This document shows, piece by piece, positions 19,547 to 28,881 of a stretch of 64,000 bases of DNA. The position numbers and the translations under genes were made by a program. Source of the stretch: Abditibacteriaceae bacterium. Lineage in GTDB: Bacteria > Armatimonadota > Abditibacteriia > Abditibacteriales > Abditibacteriaceae. Positions within the stretch are counted from its first letter, which is position 1, and every line of letters begins with the position of its first letter. The notes beneath the pieces are model-generated. The model searched no databases. It saw only the letters and a list, made by a program, of their open reading frames with translations, and was not told the origin of the DNA. Where the stretch lies: the NCBI GenBank assembly GCA_965277285.1, contig OZ255721.1, forward strand, positions 1,440,001 to 1,504,000, in the 5' to 3' direction.

Positions 19547-22500
19547 ATGACGGCCACGACTTTTCTGCCTTCGGATGTTGCACCAAACGATTCATCCATA
19601 AATTCAACGAACTGGCGCACTTTCACCGGAAAACGCGTCATCGTTCACGCGCCCGAAAACTCCTATGCGATCAAGCGCGCGCCGTCCGAAGCACGCGAAG
19701 CCGAACATTTGGCCGAAACCCTCGAGAAACTTCTGCAACCCGCAAAAGAAAAACTCGGCGCGCCAGTTCATATCTACCTTTCCGACCCGCCGCTACAATT
19801 GCCCGGCGAAAACAGTTCCACTAACGACCAAGCTGCAAACGAGCAAGCAGAAGTTGTAAACGCTGATTCTATAAGGCGCATCGTGCAACCGGAAGCGCCC
19901 GGCGAACCTTTGGCCAAACCTTTGACGCGTTTATTGGTCGCGCGCTGGTTTGGCACCAACGTTTCGTCCTTGTCTTCCCTGCTCGATGGTCTGGCGGGAA
20001 ACATCGCGGCCAAAGGTGGAAGCGGCGCCACACTTGGGGAAATTAACGAGCATTTGCGCGCAGAAATCGCAGCGGGACACCCTGTGCCGTCCATTTCTGC
20101 GCCGCCGATTGCATCTTCTGGCGCGCCGCCGAATTTGCCAGGTGCGCCGCCAATGATGCCGCCCAACGGCGCGCCTGTGGATAATCGAATACTCGATTCC
20201 CCACCTAACCGCGTTCCTGGCGGCGCCGCGCCGATAATGAACGCGCCGATGCCACCAACGATCAGTCCGGCGCAACGAGAAAATTTGCGTCAATGGACGG
20301 CGACTTCGTTTGTGAGTTGGCTGCTGCAAAATCAGGGCGCGGACGCGTTTCGTCGTTTCTTGTCGGAATACGATCCGGCGCGGCGCGATGCGGCAGCGAT
20401 TGCGGCGTATCAACGGCCTTTGGGCGCGCTCGAAGACGCCTGGATGAGCGAAATGCGCACGCCGCCGGGTGGAAAAGCGGTTTTCACCAGCTTTCTCAGG
20501 CGCGTCTGGCCGTTGATGAAACCGTATCGCCTGCGCCAACTCGAAATCTTCGTTTACATGGCGATTGGCGTGGTTTACAGCCAGGCGATTCCGTTTGCGT
20601 CCAAATATCTGCTCGATCACATCGGCAAGTATTTTCAAAACCCGAACGGCGTTTCGCCAACAGCTTTCGCGTGGCAATTGCTGGTTCCGTTCGCGGGCTG
20701 CTTGCTCGTTATCTACACTTTGAACGCGCTGGCGACGATGCGTCGCGCGTATGTTACGGCGTGGATCAATGAGCACGTTTTGATGGGTTTGCGGGAAAAG
20801 ATGTTCGAGCATTTGCAGCGTTTGTCGCACGCGTTTTATGCGAATGCGCGCGTTGGCGACGTGATGTCGCGCTTGTCGAACGACTTGCAAATGGTGCAAA
20901 ACGCGATGGCGCAAGTCACCAATACGGCGATTTACCAGAGCTTTGTCGCGCTCGCCGCGATTGGCACCGTGATGTATCAAACGACCAAGCACGGCGCGCC
21001 GATCATGGGGCTTTTGATGTTGTGCATCATGCCGTTTTTCATGCTGGGTTTCGCGGCCTTGCGCAAAAATCTTCAAAGCGCCAGCCGCGAGCAGCAGCAA
21101 CGCATCGGCGAAGCGACCACAGCGGTACAGGAAAACTTGTCGGCGCAGGCCGTCATCAAGGCGTTTTCGATGGAAGAACGCGCCGTTGCCAGTTATCACG
21201 TTCGAGTACTCGCGCAACTGAAATCGTCGTTGCACTTGGCGGTTTTAGGTTCGTTGCTCGAACTCAGCGCCAATATCACGATGGGTTTCGGGCAACTGAT
21301 CGTTCTGGTGGTTGGCGGCTATCTGGTGTTGCAAAACCCGCAGGGCGCCAGCGGCGATCATGGCATGACGATTGGAACCTTGAGTTTATTGAGCGGCTTG
21401 CTGGTGCAGATTCTGGCGCCTGTCGCGGCACTTTCGGGCGTTGGTCAGGCGGTGCAGATGGCGTCCGGCGCGATGGATCGCACTAATGAACTTTTCGACG
21501 CCAAACCCGACATCGAAAACAAACCGAACGCTATTACTTTGCCGCCATTGAGCACGGAAATCCGTATCGAAAACGCGACATTTGGCTACGATCCGGCGCG
21601 CACGATTTTGAACGGCATCAGTTTGACGATTGCCGCTGGACAAAACGTGGCGATTGTTGGGCCTTCGGGCTGTGGCAAAAGTACTTTGCTTAATTTGTTG
21701 CTGCGCTTTTATGATCCGCAAAGCGGGCGCGTTCTTTTCGATAATCACGATTTGCGCGATGTGACATTGGAATCGTTGCGCGCGCAAATCGGCCTGGTCT
21801 TTCAAGAAACGTTTGTTTTTGATACGACGTTGCGCGAAAACATCGGCCTGGCGCGGCCTGGCGCCAGCGATGACGAGATTGTGGCTGCCGCCAAAGCTGC
21901 GCAACTGGACGCCTTTGTGCAAACGCTGTCCGCCGGTTACAACACGGTTCTGGGCGAACGCGGCTCGCGCATGAGCGGCGGACAACGCCAGCGTTTGGCG
22001 ATTGCGCGAGCCATTCTACGCAACCCGCGCATTCTCGTACTCGATGAAGCGACCAGCGCGCTGGATGCGCAAACCGAAGCCGAGATTTTGGCGACCCTGA
22101 CGGAACTGGCGCGCGGACGCACGACGATCAGCATCACGCATCGTTTGTCGTGGGCGGCGACCGCGGACAGAATTATCGTGATTGATGCAGGCCGCGTCGT
22201 GGAAGACGGGCCGCACGCGCAATTAGTCAAAGCCGGCGGTTTGTATCAAAAGTTATACGAAGAACAAACCGGCTACGCGACGGGAAATGCGCCGCTTTCG
22301 AGTACTCGAATTGATCCGGCGCGCTTGAAAGACGTGCCGCTTTTTGCCTCGTTGGACGAAAAGGAATTGCAATCTTTGGCCAATCAAATGGTGCTGGAGC
22401 GCGACGGCGAAGGCGTCGAAGTCGTGCGCCAGGGAGATGCGGGCGACAAGTTATACGTTCTCAGTCGCGGCCAGGCTGAAGTCTGCGTGCGCGACGGCCA

Positions 22501-22741
22501 TGCGCCAGGTGAACGTCGCGTCAACGTTTTGAACGCGGGCGATTTCTTTGGCGAAGCCGCGCTGTTATCGGGCGCGCCGCGCAACGCGACCGTGCGCACC
22601 ACAACGCCTTCGGAATTGTTGAGTTTGTCGCAACAAGATTTCAAGGATTTGCTGGAGCGCGAACCCGCTTTGCGCCAGGCTCTGGAAAAAACCGTCGCCG
22701 CGCGGCGCAACGTTCCCGTGATGCAATCGGCAACGCGATGA
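19547..22741 (+). CDS. ABC exporter (TMD+NBD) with an N-terminal degenerate gluzincin-like domain and a C-terminal cNMP-binding domain
   Basis: Walker A GPSGCGKST, signature MSGGQRQR, Walker B ILVLDE; C-terminal GDFFGEAALL..PRNATV; ~300 aa N-terminal extension. Confidence 0.88.
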   Translation: MTATTFLPSDVAPNDSSINSTNWRTFTGKRVIVHAPENSYAIKRAPSEAREAEHLAETLEKLLQPAKEKLGAPVHIYLSDPPLQLPGENSSTNDQAANEQAEVVNADSIRRIVQPEAPGEPLAKPLTRLLVARWFGTNVSSLSSLLDGLAGNIAAKGGSGATLGEINEHLRAEIAAGHPVPSISAPPIASSGAPPNLPGAPPMMPPNGAPVDNRILDSPPNRVPGGAAPIMNAPMPPTISPAQRENLRQWTATSFVSWLLQNQGADAFRRFLSEYDPARRDAAAIAAYQRPLGALEDAWMSEMRTPPGGKAVFTSFLRRVWPLMKPYRLRQLEIFVYMAIGVVYSQAIPFASKYLLDHIGKYFQNPNGVSPTAFAWQLLVPFAGCLLVIYTLNALATMRRAYVTAWINEHVLMGLREKMFEHLQRLSHAFYANARVGDVMSRLSNDLQMVQNAMAQVTNTAIYQSFVALAAIGTVMYQTTKHGAPIMGLLMLCIMPFFMLGFAALRKNLQSASREQQQRIGEATTAVQENLSAQAVIKAFSMEERAVASYHVRVLAQLKSSLHLAVLGSLLELSANITMGFGQLIVLVVGGYLVLQNPQGASGDHGMTIGTLSLLSGLLVQILAPVAALSGVGQAVQMASGAMDRTNELFDAKPDIENKPNAITLPPLSTEIRIENATFGYDPARTILNGISLTIAAGQNVAIVGPSGCGKSTLLNLLLRFYDPQSGRVLFDNHDLRDVTLESLRAQIGLVFQETFVFDTTLRENIGLARPGASDDEIVAAAKAAQLDAFVQTLSAGYNTVLGERGSRMSGGQRQRLAIARAILRNPRILVLDEATSALDAQTEAEILATLTELARGRTTISITHRLSWAATADRIIVIDAGRVVEDGPHAQLVKAGGLYQKLYEEQTGYATGNAPLSSTRIDPARLKDVPLFASLDEKELQSLANQMVLERDGEGVEVVRQGDAGDKLYVLSRGQAEVCVRDGHAPGERRVNVLNAGDFFGEAALLSGAPRNATVRTTTPSELLSLSQQDFKDLLEREPALRQALEKTVAARRNVPVMQSATR

Positions 22742-22836
22742 AATAGGGTTTCAGAGGCGTATAAGAATAAGGACAACGCTTGAAAGAACAAGTCTGTCAT
22801 TCTGTGAGGATGTAGAGAAAGTTGCAGATGACGCTT

Positions 22837-22926
22837 GAAACTATCAGTTTGTCATTCTGAGCGGAGCGAAGAATCGAATTGGAGTTAGATTCTTCGCTCC
22901 GCTCAGAATGACAAACTGATAGTTTC
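22837..22926. repeat. Long inverted repeat, GTCATTCTGAGCGGAGCGAAGAATC-type REP-like element
   Basis: GAAACTATCAGTTTGTCATTCTGAGCGGAGCGAAGAATC mirrored at 22888-22926; degenerate relative near 25317-25365. Confidence 0.85.
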
Positions 22927-23116
22927 GAGAGTTCTCTGCTATTTTCTCCACACTCTAAATCTCGTGCTGACAAGTTGAAAGAAACTGCATGGAGCGAGGC
23001 TGACGCGGCTTCCCGAAAAATCAGACATCAAAAATTCAATATTTCGCCCTGCGCGTGACTAATCGAGTACTCGATTGGCGTTAAACTGCGCTAAATTGTC
23101 GGATGGGAGGCGGATT

Positions 23117-24142
23117 ATGCGCCTTGAAGGTTCCGTGACTTCAGTTTCGTGGATTCCTTTGCAAGCGGTCGAAGGCTTGCTGGAAGTGCCGTTTGAGTTC
23201 GGCGTCGCGCATTATGACCCGCCGCCGCCGGATACGCTGGATCTCGAAAATCTGTTGCGCAACAACGAGATGCGTTTCGCCAACGAACTGCGCGCCTGGA
23301 TCGAAGTGGAAGATGGCGTAATCACCAATTACGGACAAAGCGGGCGCGGTTACATCGGTAAAACGAAAGTCGGTTTTGGCGCTCTATCGGTTTCTTTCAC
23401 AGCGATTCCTTTCCACGACTTGCAATCGGTTTCGCACGCGGATAGCAACAGTGTTCGTTTCGTGCAAACCTGTGGCGGACATACTGGCGCGCCGGTTCCA
23501 GCACCGATTAAACACGCGCCCTATTTTCGCCTGCAGGCACCTCTCGCCTGGACGACGCTCGCGCTGACCTTGCACGCCGATGGAAAAATCGAACACGAAG
23601 TCGTGGAGGCCAGCCCATTTCCACGTCACTGGATTTACAATCACCAAGGTCAACTTGTCGAAAAAAGCGGCTTGATCGAATTCACGCGCTGGTTCACCCA
23701 ATCGCCCGAACCGCACGCTGCTGCGGAAGATAACGCCGAAAACAGCACAAACGCGCCAGTTCCGTTTCGCAACGTGGAATCGGCGTTGGAACGCGGATTG
23801 TCGGGCGTTGTGATCGGCGCGCAACCTGTGTGGCGCCATCTTTCGACGGGCGAAACCTTGATCCGCCAAGGCGAAACGGGCGACGACGTATTTTTGTTGT
23901 TCGACGGTTTGCTATCGGTCGAGAAAGACGGCAAGCAGATCGCGGAAGTCGCGCCCGGCGCCATTTTAGGCGAAATGTCGCACTTAACGGACAATCGCCG
24001 AACCGCGACCTTGCGCGCCCTGACGCCATGCCGCGTCGCCGTCGTGCCACATCACACGCTGAACACTGATGCTCTGACGCACCTGGCACAATCGCGCACG
24101 CCGACACCGCCCGCTCAAAGCTTTAACGAACCCCAAGCGTAA
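23117..24142 (+). CDS. Cyclic-nucleotide-binding domain protein with an uncharacterised N-terminal domain
   Basis: C-terminal GETLIRQGETGD...GAILGEMS...RTATLRA; RBS GGAGG. Confidence 0.88.
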   Translation: MRLEGSVTSVSWIPLQAVEGLLEVPFEFGVAHYDPPPPDTLDLENLLRNNEMRFANELRAWIEVEDGVITNYGQSGRGYIGKTKVGFGALSVSFTAIPFHDLQSVSHADSNSVRFVQTCGGHTGAPVPAPIKHAPYFRLQAPLAWTTLALTLHADGKIEHEVVEASPFPRHWIYNHQGQLVEKSGLIEFTRWFTQSPEPHAAAEDNAENSTNAPVPFRNVESALERGLSGVVIGAQPVWRHLSTGETLIRQGETGDDVFLLFDGLLSVEKDGKQIAEVAPGAILGEMSHLTDNRRTATLRALTPCRVAVVPHHTLNTDALTHLAQSRTPTPPAQSFNEPQA

Positions 24143-24194
24143 GCGCGGGGCTAACATAATTGCCACTTTAGCCCCGCGCTCATGCTTGGGGTTC
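24128..24194. repeat. REP-like inverted repeat overlapping the stop codon
   Basis: GAACCCCAAGCGTAAGCGCGGGGCTA...TAGCCCCGCGCTCATGCTTGGGGTTC. Confidence 0.7.
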
Positions 24195-24289
24195 ATTGAC
24201 ACTCAAACGGATTGTCTCTCATTCTCAAACTGCGCGAGTTTCAAGGCGATAAACAAGATCAAATCTTGCTACAACAAGGAGTTCGCAGA

Positions 24290-25237
24290 ATGTCGGACAA
24301 AAAACTGCAAGTCGTTTGTCTGGGCATTTTGGTGGCGGATGTCATTGCGCGCGCTGTCGATAATTATCCCAATCGCGGCGAACTGATGTTAGTGGATTCA
24401 ATTGCGCCGTACATCGGCGGTTGCGCGGCCAATACCGGAATCGGGTTGCAAAAACTGGGCGTTCAAACAGCAGTTATTGGCAAGGTTGGGCGCGATAGTT
24501 TCGGCGACTTCGTGTGCGATGTCTTGAAAAGTCATGGCGTTCAAGCGCATGGCGTGACGACCGACGACAAAGCGCCGACTTCCGCGACAATGGTTCTCGT
24601 CGCTGGCGACGGCGAGCGTTCGTTCATCCACACCACGGGCGCGAATGCGACTTTTACCGAAGACGATATCGATTGGGACGTAATTTCCCCATCGCAATGG
24701 TTGCACATCGCGGGACACTTTTTGATGCCGTCGTTCGATGGCGCGCCGTGCGCTCGAGTACTCGAAAGAGCGCGCACAATGGGCTTAAAAACTTCGCTCG
24801 ATACGGCGGGCAGCCCGCATCCGCACTGGCCGGAATTGTTGCGCCCAACCTTGCCACATCTCGATTACTTTGTGCCGAGTTTCCACGAAGCGTTGCATTG
24901 CGTGCCGTCCAACATCGAGAAAACGCCGCAAGCCGTTGCGCGCTATTTTGGCGATGAAGGCGTCGGCGTTGTTGCACTTAAAATGGGCGAACGCGGCAGT
25001 TACATTCGGCGCGGTAACGAAGAATGGATGATTCCACCGTTTCAGGTCGAAGCACGCGACGCAACGGGCGCTGGTGATGCGTTCGCGGCGGGTTTTCTGG
25101 CGGGAATCATCAACGATTACGACTTGGAACAAGCGGGCAAACTGGGCAACGCCGTCGGCGCATGTTGCGTCACTGGAATCGGCACCGTCGCGGGCCTTCG
25201 CTCGATGTCAGAAACGATAAACTTTATGGGCGTGTAA
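24290..25237 (+). CDS. PfkB family carbohydrate kinase
   Basis: GGCAANT, GKVGRDSFG, DATGAGDAFAAGF motifs; RBS AAGGAG. Confidence 0.93.
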   Translation: MSDKKLQVVCLGILVADVIARAVDNYPNRGELMLVDSIAPYIGGCAANTGIGLQKLGVQTAVIGKVGRDSFGDFVCDVLKSHGVQAHGVTTDDKAPTSATMVLVAGDGERSFIHTTGANATFTEDDIDWDVISPSQWLHIAGHFLMPSFDGAPCARVLERARTMGLKTSLDTAGSPHPHWPELLRPTLPHLDYFVPSFHEALHCVPSNIEKTPQAVARYFGDEGVGVVALKMGERGSYIRRGNEEWMIPPFQVEARDATGAGDAFAAGFLAGIINDYDLEQAGKLGNAVGACCVTGIGTVAGLRSMSETINFMGV

Positions 25238-25442
25238 AAGACACGCTAAACCGAATCGACAAAACATCGAGTACTCGATTCCTGCAATTTATCTCACAGG
25301 CTCCGAAAGTAAGAGTTTGTCATGCCAAGCGCAGTGAGGAATCTGCTTGCAGTAAGATTCTTCGCGCGGCCCAAGAAGGCACCTATTAGAACGACAAACC
25401 GTCACTGCTGCGGCGCTTTGCGCTTGTTTCTACTTTCTCCGA

Positions 25443-25770
25443 GAGGTTGTAGCAAAACTCTTGTTAGACTTTGTTTGTGGAACATCAATTTTACAGCACA
25501 GATATAAGTGATGTTCAGTGGCATGCCTCGAGCGTGTTCTGCGCGAAATCAAAGATGGTCGCACCGGCAGTTCACGCAAGTACTTCAAGCGCGAGATGCT
25601 CAACGTCCTCTTTCATATCTTGCGCACCGGCTCTTATATAGTGCAACTTGACTGATGGCTTGCCGCCTCGTAGCACAATTTGGAAATAGTTTTGCCGCTG
25701 GCGTAACAACGGCACGCTGAACAAGATTCACGAGAGTCAAAGTGCCGATACAACAAAAAAAGGGAGCACA
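25443..25770 (+). pseudogene. Degraded IS5-family transposase remnant
   Basis: Fragments YSTDISDVQW, RKYFKREMLNVLFHILRTG, LPPRSTIWK*FCRWRNNGTLNKIH, SQSADTTKKG with stops and frameshifts; parallels OrfA of the IS5 at 44125-44505. Confidence 0.7.
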
Positions 25771-25853
25771 GGGAGCACAAGGATGACCAAATTGTTTCTC
25801 TTTTCGGTGTTGGATATTTTCTGGGCCGATGTTTCTGCGGTTAATCGAAAATC

Positions 25854-26579
25854 ATGAAAAACAAAGTTATTATCACGCCGCGCGAAGTTGAGGAGCTTTT
25901 GGGGCCAGAGCGTTTTCAAAGCGAGATGGGCAATCGCAGCGCGCAAGTCGGCGTGGCGACTGGCATGGCGTGGACGCCGGTTGGCGGCGAAGTTTTGTTC
26001 ATCGAAACCGCGAAAATGCCCGGCAAAGGCGGCTTGACTTTAACCGGACAATTGGGCGACGTGATGAAGGAATCGGCGCAAATCGCGCTCGATTACTTGC
26101 GAGCACACGCCGCTGAAGTTGGTGTTCCCGCCGACTTTAGCCGCGAACACGACATTCATATTCACGTTCCCGCGGGCGCGATTCCTAAAGACGGCCCGAG
26201 CGCTGGTGTTGCGATGACGGTCGCGCTGGCCTCTTTGATGAGCAATCGTCCGGCGCGCCACGATGTTTCGATGACCGGCGAAGTGACTTTGACGGGTCGC
26301 GTTTTGCCGATTGGTGGCGTCAAGGAAAAAGTTCTGGCAGCGCGTCAGGCTGGAATCACAACCATCCTTTTGCCGGAGCGCAATCGCCCCGACGTGCGCG
26401 AACTTCCCGAAGCAGCGCAACGCGAATTGAAGTTCGAGTTCGCCAGCGACGTTCGTCAGGCAATTGATCTGGTTTTGCTGCCCGAAAGCGCTATCGAGTA
26501 CTCGATCGACGGAAAAAATGAGGATGCGCCCGAAATTATGACGCCGTTGGAACAAGACGTGGAAGTCGCGGTTTCTTAA
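25854..26579 (+). CDS. Lon protease C-terminal proteolytic (S16) domain only; possibly a truncated lon
   Basis: GVATGMAWT, TGQLGDVMKESA, HIHVPAGAIPKDGPSAG, IGGVKEK; no AAA+ module. Confidence 0.85.
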   Translation: MKNKVIITPREVEELLGPERFQSEMGNRSAQVGVATGMAWTPVGGEVLFIETAKMPGKGGLTLTGQLGDVMKESAQIALDYLRAHAAEVGVPADFSREHDIHIHVPAGAIPKDGPSAGVAMTVALASLMSNRPARHDVSMTGEVTLTGRVLPIGGVKEKVLAARQAGITTILLPERNRPDVRELPEAAQRELKFEFASDVRQAIDLVLLPESAIEYSIDGKNEDAPEIMTPLEQDVEVAVS

Positions 26580-26582
26580 ATT

Positions 26583-26972
26583 ATGGCCAAAGTTCAGTCG
26601 GAATCCGTGGCGCATATTCTGGAACAAATGCACGATCTGGGAGCAATTCGCGCACGCTCAATGTTCGGCGGCTGGGGCATTTACTGGGACGATTTCATTA
26701 TCGCCCTTGTGTTGAACGATGTGCTTTACTTCAAAGCCGATGAGGTCAATCGTTCCGCATTTGAAGACTTGAATCTGGAGCCTTTCACTTATGAAGCGAA
26801 GGGCAAGCGCAAAGCCTTGAATTATTTCCGCGCGCCGGAAGAAGTTTTCGATGATTGCGAAGCGATGGCGACTTGGGCGCGAAGCGCGAGAGGCGCCAGC
26901 GAACGTGCGACCAAGAAGCGTCGTGTTCCTGTCGTTAAAACCCAATCGAGTACTCGAACACTTTCTCAATGA
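26583..26972 (+). CDS. TfoX/Sxy N-terminal domain protein
   Basis: RSMFGGWGIY...LYFKAD...PFTY...NYF..P motif. Confidence 0.85.
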   Translation: MAKVQSESVAHILEQMHDLGAIRARSMFGGWGIYWDDFIIALVLNDVLYFKADEVNRSAFEDLNLEPFTYEAKGKRKALNYFRAPEEVFDDCEAMATWARSARGASERATKKRRVPVVKTQSSTRTLSQ

Positions 26973-26976
26973 GACA

Positions 26977-27372
26977 ATGAAACACGAGTTGCAATTTCAT
27001 CAGGAACTTTGGAGTTTTGAACTCGACGAATCGTTTCGCGTGCAGATTTTGGATTTCAGCGTGATGTTCTGGCGAGCGAAGCAGGCCATTTACGTGAGCC
27101 TTCAAGGTGACGAAAACGTTTCTCTGTTCCAAGAGCGCGTTCGCAAAGATGTTCCTGCGGAATCAGAAGTCTTTGAATTCCAGCAGAACCGCCTGATGAA
27201 ATTTGGTTTTCTCGTGCTTCAGGAAAAAGAAACCGCTTCTTACTGGCAATTCACGACATATTCTTTTTCCACGTTGAGTTACGCGCTGCTCGTTTATGAA
27301 TTTGATGATCGCAAATCTCTCGATTGGGCGTTAAATTGTTGGAAGTCTGTCGAATGTCAACCAGCCGAATGA
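26977..27372 (+). CDS. Hypothetical protein
   Basis: 131-aa ORF from ATG 26977 filling the gap in a co-directional gene run; no recognised motif. Confidence 0.5.
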   Translation: MKHELQFHQELWSFELDESFRVQILDFSVMFWRAKQAIYVSLQGDENVSLFQERVRKDVPAESEVFEFQQNRLMKFGFLVLQEKETASYWQFTTYSFSTLSYALLVYEFDDRKSLDWALNCWKSVECQPAE

Positions 27373-27409
27373 TCGTGCTACACATTGCAATTTTTTATTT
27401 CTATTTTTC

Positions 27410-28759
27410 ATGTCCACACTTCTCCCCAACTCAACTACAGAAACCGAAGAAGTGCCAATTGATGGCGCTGAACTCGACGATGAGACTTTGCAACCCAAGA
27501 CGCGCGACAAAGGCGCGATGTGGCGCGCGTTGCGACATCGCAATTATCGCTTGTTTTTCAGCGGACAAATCATTTCTCTGGTCGGCTCGTGGATGACGCA
27601 ACTGGCGATGAGCTGGCTGGTTTATCGACTGACCAAATCGCCCTTATTGCTGGGCGTCGTAGGTTTCGCCGGACAGATTCCGACGTTTTTCATTTCACCG
27701 TTTGCGGGCGTCTGGCTCGACCGTCAAAACCGTCATCGAGTACTCGTTTTCACACAAACGCTGGCGATGATCCAATCGCTGGCGCTGGCGTTTTTAGCGA
27801 TTGCGGGCCTCATTCAAATCTGGCACATCATAGCGCTGGCTATATTTCAAGGTCTCATAAACGCCTTTGATATGCCAGCGCGACAAGCCTTTGTCGTCGA
27901 AATGGTGGAAGATCGCGCCGATTTGAATAACGCCATCGCGCTCAATTCCTCGATGGTCAACATGGCGCGATTGGTCGGGCCAGCGCTGGCCGGTTTGGTG
28001 ATCGCGCGCACGAACGAAGGTTTTTGTTTTCTGATCGATGGCTTGAGTTATATCGCCGTCATCGGCAGTTTGTTGATGATGCGCGTCAAGCCGCACGTTC
28101 AAAAAGCACGTACAGAAAGCGCGCTGCAATCGTTGAAAAGCGGTTTGAATTACATCAACAATTTCAAGCCGATTCGCTCGATCTTGCTGATGATGGGTTT
28201 TATCAGCCTGACCGGAATGTCTTACATGACGCTGATGCCGGTCATCGTTGGCAACTTGCACGGCACAGCCGGAACCCAAGGCACCTTGATGATGGGTTCG
28301 GGCGTCGGTGCTTTGGCGGGCGCTTTATATCTGGCCTCAAAGAAGAACATTCTCGGCCTGGGCGGAACTCTGGTTCGTGCGCCCGCCGTGCTGGGAATCG
28401 GCTTGTTTGCGCTCGCCTGGTCGCATTCGGTGTGGCTTTCGTTCCTCATTTTGATGGTGACGGGTTGCGGCACCATCGGGCAAATTACGGCGAGCAACAC
28501 GCTGGTGCAAACTCTGGTGGACGAAGACAAGCGTTCGCGCGTGATGAGTTTTTTTACCGTGGCGTTTTTGGGAATGTCGCCGTTTGGAAGTTTGCTGGCG
28601 GGTTCCGTGGCACATCGTTTCGGCGTGTCACACGCATTGGAAGCGGCGGCAGCCTGTTGCCTGCTCGCCTCGTTCTGGTTTTCATCGCAACTTCCCGAGT
28701 TGCGCGAACAAGCGCGCCCACGTATGGAAAAACTGGGCATTTTGTCGTCGGAAAGTTGA
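27410..28759 (+). CDS. MFS transporter
   Basis: ALRHRNYRLFFSGQIISLVGSWM, FDMPARQAFV motifs; multiple hydrophobic segments. Confidence 0.92.
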   Translation: MSTLLPNSTTETEEVPIDGAELDDETLQPKTRDKGAMWRALRHRNYRLFFSGQIISLVGSWMTQLAMSWLVYRLTKSPLLLGVVGFAGQIPTFFISPFAGVWLDRQNRHRVLVFTQTLAMIQSLALAFLAIAGLIQIWHIIALAIFQGLINAFDMPARQAFVVEMVEDRADLNNAIALNSSMVNMARLVGPALAGLVIARTNEGFCFLIDGLSYIAVIGSLLMMRVKPHVQKARTESALQSLKSGLNYINNFKPIRSILLMMGFISLTGMSYMTLMPVIVGNLHGTAGTQGTLMMGSGVGALAGALYLASKKNILGLGGTLVRAPAVLGIGLFALAWSHSVWLSFLILMVTGCGTIGQITASNTLVQTLVDEDKRSRVMSFFTVAFLGMSPFGSLLAGSVAHRFGVSHALEAAAACCLLASFWFSSQLPELREQARPRMEKLGILSSES

Positions 28760-28768
28760 TGGAGAAAA

Positions 28769-28864
28769 TGAACCACAGAGACACGGAGGACACAGAGAAA
28801 AGAAGAGAGTGGTTTGTTCGAGTACCTAATTTCCTCTCTGTGTCCTCCGTGTCTCTGTGGTTCA
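28769..28864. repeat. AACCACAGAGACACGGAG-type intergenic inverted repeat
   Basis: TGAACCACAGAGACACGGAGGACACAGAG...CTCTGTGTCCTCCGTGTCTCTGTGGTTCA. Confidence 0.8.
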
Positions 28865-28881
28865 AAAGTCGTTGGAAAATT

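Noticed and set aside
26583..26972. TfoX-domain gene as evidence that the palindrome is a DNA-uptake sequence
   Set aside because: TfoX-N proteins are widespread outside competence, and no uptake genes are present in the window.
28024..28881. 613-aa ORF suggesting an N-terminally extended MoaA
   Set aside because: The extension overlaps the MFS gene in another frame and crosses an inverted repeat; MoaA similarity starts at ATG 28882.
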